Origin: Chlamydiales bacterium
GTDB lineage: Bacteria > Chlamydiota > Chlamydiia > Chlamydiales > SM23-39
Reading direction: 5' to 3'
Assembly: GCA_028278035.1 (NCBI GenBank)
Contig: JANQFC010000065.1
Coordinates: 91,279 to 155,278 of the forward strand
Length of the DNA stretch: 64,000 nucleotides
The position numbers and the translations under genes are program-made. This document shows, piece by piece, positions 8,277 to 17,171 of the stretch. Numbering within the stretch: the first letter of the stretch is position 1; every line of letters starts with the position of its first letter. The notes beneath the pieces were generated by a model. The model was not told the origin of the DNA, searched no databases, and worked only from the letters and a program-made list of their open reading frames with translations.

Positions 8277-9557
8277 ATGCTTGATATAAAACTAATTAGA
8301 AATGACGCAAAAAACTTGGAAAAAAAATTAAAAACTAAAATAGAAGATGTTAATTTATCCCCCATTACTTCCATAGACGACGAAGCTAGAAAAATACAAA
8401 CCGAAGTAGAAAAATTAAAAGCTCAAAAAAATAAAGTTTCGAAAGAAATAGGCTATAAAAAACAAAAAGGCGAAGATGTAGCTCAAACCCTAAAAACGAT
8501 GTCAGATATAGGACAAGATATTTCTAAATTAGATGAAGAACTAAAAAAATTAGATGAAAAAAGATTAGACCTGCTTGCAAGACTTCCCAACATCCCGCAA
8601 GATGACATCCCTGTTTCTTTAGATCCGCAAGATAATAAATGTATCAAAACCTATAAAGAAAAACCAAAATTCGATTTTCAATTCAAAAACCATATACAGC
8701 TAAACGAAAAGCTCAAGCTATTTGATTTTGTATCAGGTGTCAAAATAGCAGGAAACCGTTGGGTTATGTATACGGACATGGGAGCTAAACTTGAATGGGC
8801 CCTTTTGAACTATATGCTTGATATCCACAGACAAAACGGCTTTACCCAAATAATCCCCCCTCTTTTGGTAAAAGAAGATATTATGTTTGGATCCGGACAG
8901 CTTCCGAAATTCAAAGACCAGCTTTTTAACATTAATGATGAAGACTATAACCTATATTTAATACCTACAGCTGAAGTTCCTTTAAACGGCATAAACCAAG
9001 ATGAAATCATCCCGGAAGAAAATCTACCAAAAAAATATGTAGCATACACCCCATGCTTCAGAAGGGAAGCAGGAGCCGCTGGAAAACAAGAAAGAGGGCT
9101 AATTAGAACTCACCAGTTCAATAAAGTTGAATTATTTTATGTAACAACTCCAGAAGATAGTAATAAAGCATTTGATATCATGTTAAATTCAGCAGAAGAA
9201 GTATTAAAAGGTTTAGACCTTCACTACAGAAATATGCTCTTATGCACTGGAGATATGTCTTTTCCGGCAGCTAAAACAGTAGATGTTGAAGTATTTCTGC
9301 CGGGTCAAGACAGATATTATGAAGTATCTTCAGTATCTAACTGTACAGATTTTCAATCCAGAAGATCAAAAATTAGATGCAGAAAAAAAGATGAAAAACC
9401 AAGACTTATTCATACTTTGAACGCGTCAGGAGTAGCAACTTCCAGACTGATGGTAGCCTTATTAGAAAATAATCAGCAAGAAGACGGATCTGTTGTGATT
9501 CCAGTTGTGTTAAGAAAATATTTGAATGACCAAAAGCTCATAAAGCCTAATCCATAA
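8277..9557 (+). CDS. serS: Seryl-tRNA synthetase
   Basis: 426 aa. N-terminal coiled-coil arm and class II core motifs ('FRREAGAAGKQERGLIRTHQFNKVE', 'TLNASGVATSRLMVALLENNQ'). Confidence 0.95.
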   Translation: MLDIKLIRNDAKNLEKKLKTKIEDVNLSPITSIDDEARKIQTEVEKLKAQKNKVSKEIGYKKQKGEDVAQTLKTMSDIGQDISKLDEELKKLDEKRLDLLARLPNIPQDDIPVSLDPQDNKCIKTYKEKPKFDFQFKNHIQLNEKLKLFDFVSGVKIAGNRWVMYTDMGAKLEWALLNYMLDIHRQNGFTQIIPPLLVKEDIMFGSGQLPKFKDQLFNINDEDYNLYLIPTAEVPLNGINQDEIIPEENLPKKYVAYTPCFRREAGAAGKQERGLIRTHQFNKVELFYVTTPEDSNKAFDIMLNSAEEVLKGLDLHYRNMLLCTGDMSFPAAKTVDVEVFLPGQDRYYEVSSVSNCTDFQSRRSKIRCRKKDEKPRLIHTLNASGVATSRLMVALLENNQQEDGSVVIPVVLRKYLNDQKLIKPNP

Positions 9558-9589
9558 CACGCTGTATATTAATAATTAACAGATAAAAT

Positions 9590-9616
9590 CAAGCAATCAA
9601 TCTCTTTGATTGCTAA
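9590..9616. promoter_or_regulatory. CIRCE-like HrcA operator (variant)
   Basis: CAAGCAATC-N9-GATTGCTAA versus consensus TTAGCACTC-N9-GAGTGCTAA. The 9-nt spacer is exact and the arms carry a symmetric C>A / G>T change. It lies 58 nt upstream of the hrcA TTG start. A TATAAT hexamer sits at 9640-9645. Confidence 0.6.
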
Positions 9617-9673
9617 AAAATACCCTTGTTTGATAACATTATAATTAGATTAAAATCTAAAGGAAATTAAACC

Positions 9674-10819
9674 TTGAAAAAGCTAGCTTTAAAAAAAATT
9701 CTTACCAAAAAAGATAAAGAACTATCTATTCTGTTAGGTCTGGTCGAGCTGTATATTAAAACAGGCTCTGCCATCGGCTCAAATTCCCTTAAAGAAACCA
9801 GTTTTGATAATATGAGCTCAGCGACTATCAGAAACTACTTTGTAAAGCTTGAAAAACAGGGGTATTTAGCACAACAGCACTCTTCCGGCGGAAGAATCCC
9901 AACTATTCAAGCCTTCAAGTTATATGCTGATAAAGTTAATAAAAAAATCCTTCTGGAAAAAAAAGAAGAAAAAACTCTTAAAGAAAAACTGTCTAACATA
10001 GATAAAAAGGTAACTGATTATTTAAATAAATCAGCAGAATTATTAAGTGAACTTACAAACTGCAGCATTTTCCAGTCATCTCCCCGTTTCGATCAAGATT
10101 TAATAAATGATGTTAAACTGATCTGTATAGATACTAATAAAATATTATATGTACTGATTACAGACTTCGGGCTTATAAAAACGGATACTCTATACGTTAA
10201 TAATAAAATAGATGAAAAAACGCTTAAATTAATCGAAGATTTTTTCTTATTTAGAATGAACAAAAAACAAGAGCCTCAATTTCCCTCTCAAAAAGATAAA
10301 AAACTAGCGCAGCAGCTGTACAATGAGGTAATGGTCAGATACGTTGTAGGATATTCTTCGATGCATATCGAAGATATATATAAAACAGGACTTTCAAAAC
10401 TTTTAAATTATGATGAGTTTCAAGATCCCTTAAACTTAGCAGAAAGCCTATCGATTTTTGAAGATCCTGAGCAAATGAAAAATATCCTGCAAAATGCAAT
10501 TAAACAAAACTCTTTATCATACTTTATAGCAGATGATCTGGAACAGTTTGATATAATCTCTAATAACTGCTCAATTATCTCAGTGCCTTATAAAGTAAAT
10601 GATATTTCAATCGGGGCAATAGCTGTTTTATGCCCTATGAGAATATCTTACAAAAAAGTTTTTGCTATTCTAAATACCTACGCTAAGCACCTGTCTGAAA
10701 CACTGACCAAGAACATCTACAAATACAAAATTTCATTTAGGGATTTAGAAGAATATAAAAAATTAAAAGAATACAACAAATCAATTCTTTTAGAAGACAA
10801 AACACAAACTGTTAAATAA
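9674..10819 (+). CDS. hrcA: Heat-inducible transcription repressor HrcA
   Basis: TTG start with an AGGAA SD. N-terminal winged HTH ('SATIRNYFVKLEKQGYLAQQHSSGGRIPT'). Position at the head of grpE-dnaK. Confidence 0.9.
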   Translation: MKKLALKKILTKKDKELSILLGLVELYIKTGSAIGSNSLKETSFDNMSSATIRNYFVKLEKQGYLAQQHSSGGRIPTIQAFKLYADKVNKKILLEKKEEKTLKEKLSNIDKKVTDYLNKSAELLSELTNCSIFQSSPRFDQDLINDVKLICIDTNKILYVLITDFGLIKTDTLYVNNKIDEKTLKLIEDFFLFRMNKKQEPQFPSQKDKKLAQQLYNEVMVRYVVGYSSMHIEDIYKTGLSKLLNYDEFQDPLNLAESLSIFEDPEQMKNILQNAIKQNSLSYFIADDLEQFDIISNNCSIISVPYKVNDISIGAIAVLCPMRISYKKVFAILNTYAKHLSETLTKNIYKYKISFRDLEEYKKLKEYNKSILLEDKTQTVK

Positions 10820-10837
10820 GTTTAGGAGAACATTTAA

Positions 10838-11395
10838 ATGTCAGACAAAAAGAAAAAAGAAAAAAAAGAAGAAAAAAATAAGCTAAAAGAACAGGCAAAA
10901 GAATTTGAAAACAAATATCTGCGCTCTTTGGCTGAACTGGAAAATGCCAGAAAAAGAATGCAGAAAGAAAAGCAGGCAACAATCACTTTTGCAATCGAAA
11001 ATACAATCTCGGAATTCTTGCCTGTAATAGATAATTTTGAAAATGCATTAAACTTTGCTGACAACTCTTCTGAAGAAGTTAAAAACTGGGCAACAGGATT
11101 TCAGATGATACTTACTCAATTTAGAGATGTCCTGCATAATAATGGGATCGTTGCTTTTCATTCAGAAGGTAATACTTTCGATCCTCACTATCATGAAGCT
11201 ATGGAAATAGTAGAAACAAACGATTATCCAAACGGCGCAATTATAGAAGAGCTTGCAAAGGGATATAAAAGTGCCAATAGAACCATCAGACCGGCAAGAG
11301 TAAAAGTTGCGAAAAATATAGAAACAGAAGCTCTTAAAGAAGAAATAAAAGAAACTGAAAAGGACAAAGTTTTAGAAGAGGATATTAAAAATTAA
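10838..11395 (+). CDS. grpE: Nucleotide exchange factor GrpE
   Basis: 'YLRSLAELENARKR' signature, C-terminal 'FDPHYHEAM...RPARVKV', and hrcA-grpE-dnaK order. Confidence 0.95.
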   Translation: MSDKKKKEKKEEKNKLKEQAKEFENKYLRSLAELENARKRMQKEKQATITFAIENTISEFLPVIDNFENALNFADNSSEEVKNWATGFQMILTQFRDVLHNNGIVAFHSEGNTFDPHYHEAMEIVETNDYPNGAIIEELAKGYKSANRTIRPARVKVAKNIETEALKEEIKETEKDKVLEEDIKN

Positions 11396-11426
11396 TAAAT
11401 TTTAAATAAAAACAAGAGGTAATTTT

Positions 11427-13349
11427 ATGAATAAAAAAGGATCTAAAATCATAGGTATAGACTTAGGAACAACTAACTCTTGTGTTGCTATAATGGAAGG
11501 GAAAACCGCAAAAGTTATAGCAAACGCTGAAGGTACGAGAACAACACCTTCTGTTATTTCTTATAAAGAAAAAGAAAGATTAGTTGGCGTTCCTGCTAAA
11601 AGACAGGCAGTAACAAATCCTGAGAAAACTCTATTTTCTACTAAAAGGTTTATCGGTAGAAAATTCGATGAAGTACAAGAAGAGATAAAAACAGTGCCGT
11701 ATAAAGTTACAAAAAGCGCTAATGGAGATGTAGCTTTTGAAATAGACGGTAAACAGATAACTCCTGAAGAAGCAGCAGCTCAAGTGCTTATTAAAATGAA
11801 AGAAACTGCTGAAAACTATTTAGGAGAAAAAATAACAGACGCTGTGATCACAGTACCGGCTTACTTTAATGACTCTCAAAGACAATCTACAAAAGATGCC
11901 GGTAAAATTGCAGGTCTTAACGTTAAAAGGATCATCCCTGAACCGACAGCCGCTGCTTTAGCATACGGTTTGGACAAAAAAAATGATCAGAAAATAGCTG
12001 TATACGATCTAGGTGGCGGAACATTTGATATTTCTATCATGGAGATCGGTGACGGCGTTTTTGAAGTATTATCAACAAATGGAGATACTCACTTAGGTGG
12101 TGATGATTTTGATGATAAGATCATGAAATGGATATTGGAAGAATTCAAGAAAGAAAACGGCATAGACCTATCCCAAGACAAAATGGCTCTTCAACGTTTA
12201 AAAGACGCTGCTGAAAAAGCAAAAATAGAGCTATCTGGAACACAGTCTACAGATATCAACCAACCATTTATTACAATGGACGCAACAGGACCTAAACACT
12301 TAGCTTTAACACTAACTAGAGCTAAACTAGACAGTTTATGTCATGATTTAGTTCAAAGAACAAAATCTCCTTGTGAAAAAGCATTAAAAGATGCTGGAAT
12401 CTCAGCATCTGACATCTCTGAAGTTATCTTGGTAGGCGGTATGTCCAGAATGCCGGCTGTTCAAGAAATGGTAAACTCCATATTTGGCAAAGAGCCTAAT
12501 CAAGGAATCAACCCGGATGAAGCAGTTGCAACAGGAGCTGCTATCCAAGGTGGCATCTTGGGCGGAGAAGTAAAAGACGTTCTTTTATTGGACGTAGTAC
12601 CATTAACTTTAGGTATTGAAACCTTAGGCGGCGTTTTAACTCCGTTAATCGAAAGAAACACAACAATACCGACCCAAAAGAAACAAGTCTTCTCAACCGC
12701 TGCAGACAACCAGCCTGCTGTTACTATCGTTGTTCTGCAAGGTGAAAGACCAATGGCGAAAGATAACAAAGAGATCGGTAGATTTGATTTAACAGATATC
12801 CCGCCAGCTCCAAGAGGAGTTCCTCAAATCGAAGTAGCCTTCGATTTAGATGCTGACGGTATCTTGAACGTTTCTGCAAAAGACAAACAGTCTGGAAAAG
12901 AGCAGAAAATTAAAATCGAAGCTAAATCAGGTCTTTCAGAAGAAGAGATCAAGGCAAAAGTAAAAGAAGCCGAGATGAATGCAGAAGCAGACAAGAAGAA
13001 AAAAGAAGAGATCGATACCAAGAACGAAGCTGAGGCTACAGTTTTTAGGGCTGAAAAAGCTTTAACAGACTATAAGGACAAGCTTCCTTCCAACATAGCA
13101 AGCGAGATACAGACTAAAGTAGATAAAGTAAAAGAAGCTTTAAAAACATCTAATTTAGACTCTATTAAATCAGCTATGCAGGATCTTCAGGCTCACATGC
13201 AGAAAATCGGAGAAGAGTTGCAAAAGGCCCAAGGTGCCCAAGCCGGAGCAAATGCTCAAGCTCAGCCTAATGCTCAAGGCGCTAAAAAAGAGAAAAAAGA
13301 AGATATAGAAGAAGCAGACGTTGAAGTCTTAGATGAAGAAAAGAAATAA
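11427..13349 (+). CDS. dnaK: Chaperone DnaK (Hsp70)
   Basis: 640 aa. '[13 protein letters not shown]', 'DLGGGTFD' and '[11 protein letters not shown]' are Hsp70 signatures. Confidence 0.98.
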   Translation: MNKKGSKIIGIDLGTTNSCVAIMEGKTAKVIANAEGTRTTPSVISYKEKERLVGVPAKRQAVTNPEKTLFSTKRFIGRKFDEVQEEIKTVPYKVTKSANGDVAFEIDGKQITPEEAAAQVLIKMKETAENYLGEKITDAVITVPAYFNDSQRQSTKDAGKIAGLNVKRIIPEPTAAALAYGLDKKNDQKIAVYDLGGGTFDISIMEIGDGVFEVLSTNGDTHLGGDDFDDKIMKWILEEFKKENGIDLSQDKMALQRLKDAAEKAKIELSGTQSTDINQPFITMDATGPKHLALTLTRAKLDSLCHDLVQRTKSPCEKALKDAGISASDISEVILVGGMSRMPAVQEMVNSIFGKEPNQGINPDEAVATGAAIQGGILGGEVKDVLLLDVVPLTLGIETLGGVLTPLIERNTTIPTQKKQVFSTAADNQPAVTIVVLQGERPMAKDNKEIGRFDLTDIPPAPRGVPQIEVAFDLDADGILNVSAKDKQSGKEQKIKIEAKSGLSEEEIKAKVKEAEMNAEADKKKKEEIDTKNEAEATVFRAEKALTDYKDKLPSNIASEIQTKVDKVKEALKTSNLDSIKSAMQDLQAHMQKIGEELQKAQGAQAGANAQAQPNAQGAKKEKKEDIEEADVEVLDEEKK

Positions 13350-13375
13350 TATTTCTTAAAAATCTATAAATCAAA

Positions 13376-13408
13376 ATGGCGATAAAGAAATTTATCGCCA
13401 TTTTTTTA
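13376..13408 (+). terminator. Rho-independent terminator after dnaK
   Basis: 11-bp perfect stem ATGGCGATAAA / TTTATCGCCAT with a GAAA loop, followed by a T7 tract. Confidence 0.8.
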
Positions 13409-13491
13409 TCTTAAAATTTTAAATTATTTAAGTTGCTGTTTTTTATTTTTTGATCTACCATTTTTCAAAAATTTAACAAGGAAAACTTTAT

Positions 13492-13899
13492 ATGTCTACA
13501 CCATTAGCAGTAAATCTTGCAGCATCGTTTGGACCTACTGCCCTAGGTTCTGTAGGTTTAATATCTGAGATTCTTTTAGACCCGGCCCTTAGCGGCCCTT
13601 CAGTTGAACAACTGGTAGGAAAATGCGCTGCAGATATTCATAAAGCTTGCTGCCCGCTTGAAGAAGAGCCTTTTTTATCGCCGGACTATGAAATAGAAAT
13701 ATGTTCTATAACAAAAGAGAATACGCCGGCTGAATTAATAATAGGCATAGAGCGTTATTTAAAAACTCCGTCAAAAACCTCTATGCAAACCTGTATAGAT
13801 ACTGTAAATGCCTGTGTAAATAGAATTAGAAATTTCTTAAAAGGCTTTCAGCCCAGCACAGATAGTACATGGACAAACTTGGATGATGACTACATATAA
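13492..13899 (+). CDS. Hypothetical protein (135 aa, 7 Cys, locally GC-richer)
   Basis: ORF only; no motif recognised. Bounded by the dnaK terminator and a hairpin with a T-tract at 13950-13983. Confidence 0.45.
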   Translation: MSTPLAVNLAASFGPTALGSVGLISEILLDPALSGPSVEQLVGKCAADIHKACCPLEEEPFLSPDYEIEICSITKENTPAELIIGIERYLKTPSKTSMQTCIDTVNACVNRIRNFLKGFQPSTDSTWTNLDDDYI

Positions 13900-13949
13900 T
13901 TTTTTGATAAATTAGCAGGCTTATTAGAAATTTGAGTACATACAATATA

Positions 13950-13983
13950 AGCAGGCATAACGCATGCTACTTCTTTTTTTTAT
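13950..13983 (+). terminator. Possible terminator
   Basis: AGCAGGC-ATAAC-GCATGCT (7-bp stem, one mismatch), then a T-rich run (ACTTCTTTTTTTTATT). Confidence 0.35.
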
Positions 13984-14019
13984 TACTTGAGAAATCTGAA
14001 AATAATAAAATCTTTTTTA

Positions 14020-15894
14020 TCAAAAGAAATTAGTAACTAATCTTACAATATCATGATAGGTCATGAAAATAGCCATTCCGATAATTAATATTACAAAAGG
14101 AATGATAAACTTCTCTCTTGTCTTGGCCTTTAAAGGTCTTCTTGTAATAGCCTCAACTACTGAAAATACAATATGCCCGCCGTCTAATACAGGAATAGGC
14201 AGTAAATTAATAAACCCTAAGTTGATGCTAATAAAACCAAGCCAGTATAAAGCTTCAAGAGGGCCTAAAGACCAGCTGGTTTTCATAATGTGAAAAATAC
14301 CGACCGGACCAGACAAATGCTTAGGGCTAACGGTTCCTGTAAACAAGAAAAATAAAGTCCTGTAAACTTCCTTAAAACAATCTGCAAATACCTTAAAGGG
14401 ATTTGGATTATATTTAACAATTTTGTCCATCACAGAAATGTCTAATATTTTTTTGTTAGCCATTTCATTAAGCTCAAGCAATGCCTTTTCTTTTTTCTCT
14501 GGGCTTTTTTCATTTTCAACCTTCTCTTTAAAAGCTAAAAAACTTTTAACAACAATATTATCAGGATTTTTTTCCACTGCTTGATTAACAGTTAAAGGCT
14601 CAAAAGGTTTTAATATAACTGTATTATCAATTTTATCTACTTGTCTTTCTGTTCCTATTTTAGAAACTATTTGATGCAATGCTGCAATATTAAGCGATTT
14701 ATCAAAATCACTGTCAGCCACTTTATAAGAAGGCTTGTTATCAATAATACTTTCTTTTTTTACTATCATTAAAATTTTTGGACTTTGAATAGCTGTAAAC
14801 AAACCGCTGACATTTGTAATTTTTTCAGAGTTCACAGCTATTATCTGATCATATTTTTGTAAATTTTCTGATTTATTCGAGTTACTAATAAAACCAATTT
14901 CATTTTGAACAACTAAATTATCATCAACAAAATATGGAATAAAATGAAGCTCTTCCAAGGAAGTTTTTATATTGTTGTCATATCTCAAATCATCTAATTC
15001 ACTCTTTTGATTAAAAGACAATTTTAAATCATCTATTTTTGTTCTAGGCAAAACCACATTAAATATTTTGTCCTGCCTTTTAACAGTTACATAAATAGGA
15101 GGATCGTTAATAAGCTGATTGAGCTGCATTGAAGAAAATAAAAGTTTTCCATTAGCCCATAATATCCTATCACTTTTTTCCAATCCCTGCACTACAACTG
15201 ATTGTTCGTTTTCGGAGATTAAATAATTTGCAGGAGCCATTATCCCTATTGTCGAAAAATCTTTTGCCTTACTTGGATCCTTATATGTATTTAATGTATA
15301 TTCATAAGGCTTCTTGGTCTTATTGAAATAATTTACTTTATATCCGCTAATCTTAACGTCATTTTTTTTCAAAAAGCCAGTATAGATAGCATCAATAAAC
15401 CCTGTATAATTCTTATTATTATAACGTAAAATTTCATCCCCGGGTTTCACATCTAAATTATATAATTCTGATTTCGGATCAACATAACCAATTTTTTTAG
15501 TAATATCAGTAAAAGTTTTATTTCTTCCGCCAAAACTCCAAATAACAGAAAAAGCAGCTAAAGCAAAAACAATATTGACCAAAGGTCCCATAAAAGAAAC
15601 TTTTATTCTATCTAATGGTTTGGTAGCAAAAAAACCTCCTTTTATCTCATAAGGTTCTTTGTCCCCTTCTTTATCCATGCCGGCAATTTTTACATAGCCG
15701 CCAAAAGGCAATATGGCAATTTGCCACTTTGTATCTCCTCGATACCAAGAAATTATGGCTTTTCCAAATCCAATAGAAAAAACCTCTACTTTCATTTTAG
15801 CTTTTTTGGCCATAAAATAATGACCAAGCTCATGAATAAAAACTAAAAAACCAAGGCCTAATATAGCCAGTATGACATAAAAAATATTTTCCAT
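14020..15894 (-). CDS. rseP: RIP metalloprotease RseP (site-2 protease, M50 family)
   Basis: 624 aa. N-terminal TM plus the 'HELGHY' zinc motif, a long PDZ-containing middle region, and C-terminal 'NLLPIPVLDGGHI'. Confidence 0.85.
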   Translation of the reverse strand: MENIFYVILAILGLGFLVFIHELGHYFMAKKAKMKVEVFSIGFGKAIISWYRGDTKWQIAILPFGGYVKIAGMDKEGDKEPYEIKGGFFATKPLDRIKVSFMGPLVNIVFALAAFSVIWSFGGRNKTFTDITKKIGYVDPKSELYNLDVKPGDEILRYNNKNYTGFIDAIYTGFLKKNDVKISGYKVNYFNKTKKPYEYTLNTYKDPSKAKDFSTIGIMAPANYLISENEQSVVVQGLEKSDRILWANGKLLFSSMQLNQLINDPPIYVTVKRQDKIFNVVLPRTKIDDLKLSFNQKSELDDLRYDNNIKTSLEELHFIPYFVDDNLVVQNEIGFISNSNKSENLQKYDQIIAVNSEKITNVSGLFTAIQSPKILMIVKKESIIDNKPSYKVADSDFDKSLNIAALHQIVSKIGTERQVDKIDNTVILKPFEPLTVNQAVEKNPDNIVVKSFLAFKEKVENEKSPEKKEKALLELNEMANKKILDISVMDKIVKYNPNPFKVFADCFKEVYRTLFFLFTGTVSPKHLSGPVGIFHIMKTSWSLGPLEALYWLGFISINLGFINLLPIPVLDGGHIVFSVVEAITRRPLKAKTREKFIIPFVILIIGMAIFMTYHDIVRLVTNFF

Positions 15895-17031
15895 TTAAAT
15901 CTCTTTTGCTTTAATTCTAGCTAATTTATCAACACTCAATATCGATGTTAAGTCTAGCATATTTACACTCCTATGCAAAGACATTAATTTTTCTAATTTT
16001 CTAGAAATATCCATCCAAGGTATCTGTCCTTCTAAAAATCTGGACACTAAGATCTCATTTGCAGCATTCATAAAGCACGGCATGCTCTTGCCGCAATCTA
16101 AAGCTTCTTTAGCCAATTTCAAACATAAGAATTTGTCATAATCAGGTTCAAAAAAATTAAGTGTGTTATTTTTAACAAAATCAAATTCCTGAATATCAGC
16201 TCTTATCCTCTTAGGATATGTCATTGCATACTGAATAGGAAGCTGCATATCAGGTTCGGACATTTGACTTATAATTGAACCGTCAATAAATTCTACAAAA
16301 CTGTGAATAATACTTTGCGGATGTACAACAACATCAATTTGATCTTTTTCAACTCTAAACAAGTGATACGCTTCAATAATTTCCAATCCCTTATTCATTA
16401 ATGTAGATGAATCAATTGTTATTTTACTGCCCATTTTATAAGTGGGGTGCTTCAAAGCATCCGCCAAACTGACATTTTTTAATTCTTCTTTTGAATAATC
16501 ATAAAAAGGACCGCCGGAAGCAGTCAGTATGATCCTCTTGATATTTTCAGCATCCTCACCATTCAAAGCTTGAAAAATAGCACTATGCTCGCTATCTACT
16601 GGTATCATATCTACATCATACTGATCTAACAGATAGTTAACATAATCTCCGGCCGATACCATTACTTCCTTATTAGCCAGCCCTATTGTTTTTTTTGCCA
16701 TTATCGCATGAACAGTGGGAATCAGGCCTATGCTTCCAGATACTGCTGACATTACAAAATCAACATCTGTATCAGCCGTGGCTTCAATAAGACCTTCTAT
16801 TCCCGACAATATTTTAACTTTTGAAAGCCTCTTTTTTAGAATTTTAGCCTTTTCTTTATCATAAACGGCAATAATTTTAGGATGGAATTTTTTTGCCTGC
16901 ATCTCAATTTCATCAATATTTGATCTACATGCAAGAGATTCAACTTTAAAAAAATCTTTATTATTTTGAATCACTTCTAAAGTATTTTTACCTATAGATC
17001 CGGTTGACCCTAATATAGCAATTTTCTTCAT
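15895..17031 (-). CDS. dxr: 1-deoxy-D-xylulose 5-phosphate reductoisomerase
   Basis: 'ILGSTGSIG' NADPH motif, plus 'PVDSEHSAIFQ' and 'LMNKGLE'. Start taken at the ATG at 17031 (MKKIAILG). Its stop abuts the rseP start. Confidence 0.95.
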   Translation of the reverse strand: MKKIAILGSTGSIGKNTLEVIQNNKDFFKVESLACRSNIDEIEMQAKKFHPKIIAVYDKEKAKILKKRLSKVKILSGIEGLIEATADTDVDFVMSAVSGSIGLIPTVHAIMAKKTIGLANKEVMVSAGDYVNYLLDQYDVDMIPVDSEHSAIFQALNGEDAENIKRIILTASGGPFYDYSKEELKNVSLADALKHPTYKMGSKITIDSSTLMNKGLEIIEAYHLFRVEKDQIDVVVHPQSIIHSFVEFIDGSIISQMSEPDMQLPIQYAMTYPKRIRADIQEFDFVKNNTLNFFEPDYDKFLCLKLAKEALDCGKSMPCFMNAANEILVSRFLEGQIPWMDISRKLEKLMSLHRSVNMLDLTSILSVDKLARIKAKEI

Positions 17032-17171
17032 AAACAAGATTTTAAATTATAAATTCCAGCTAAGATAACATGAACTTTCAGAAAAGTCAATTTAACTAAA
17101 AGACTTTATAAAGGCTTTTTTTTTATTTATTTATATAATATTTTAAAAATATTAAATAAAATAAAAACAAA

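Noticed and set aside
10834-11064. 76-aa ORF antisense to the 5' end of grpE
   Set aside because: It is the mirror of the Lys/Glu-rich grpE N-terminus, giving a Phe/Ser-rich nonsense sequence. It is a shadow ORF.
12500-13021. Two ORFs (89 and 65 aa) antisense to dnaK
   Set aside because: Both lie inside one of the best-supported genes in the window and have no independent signals.
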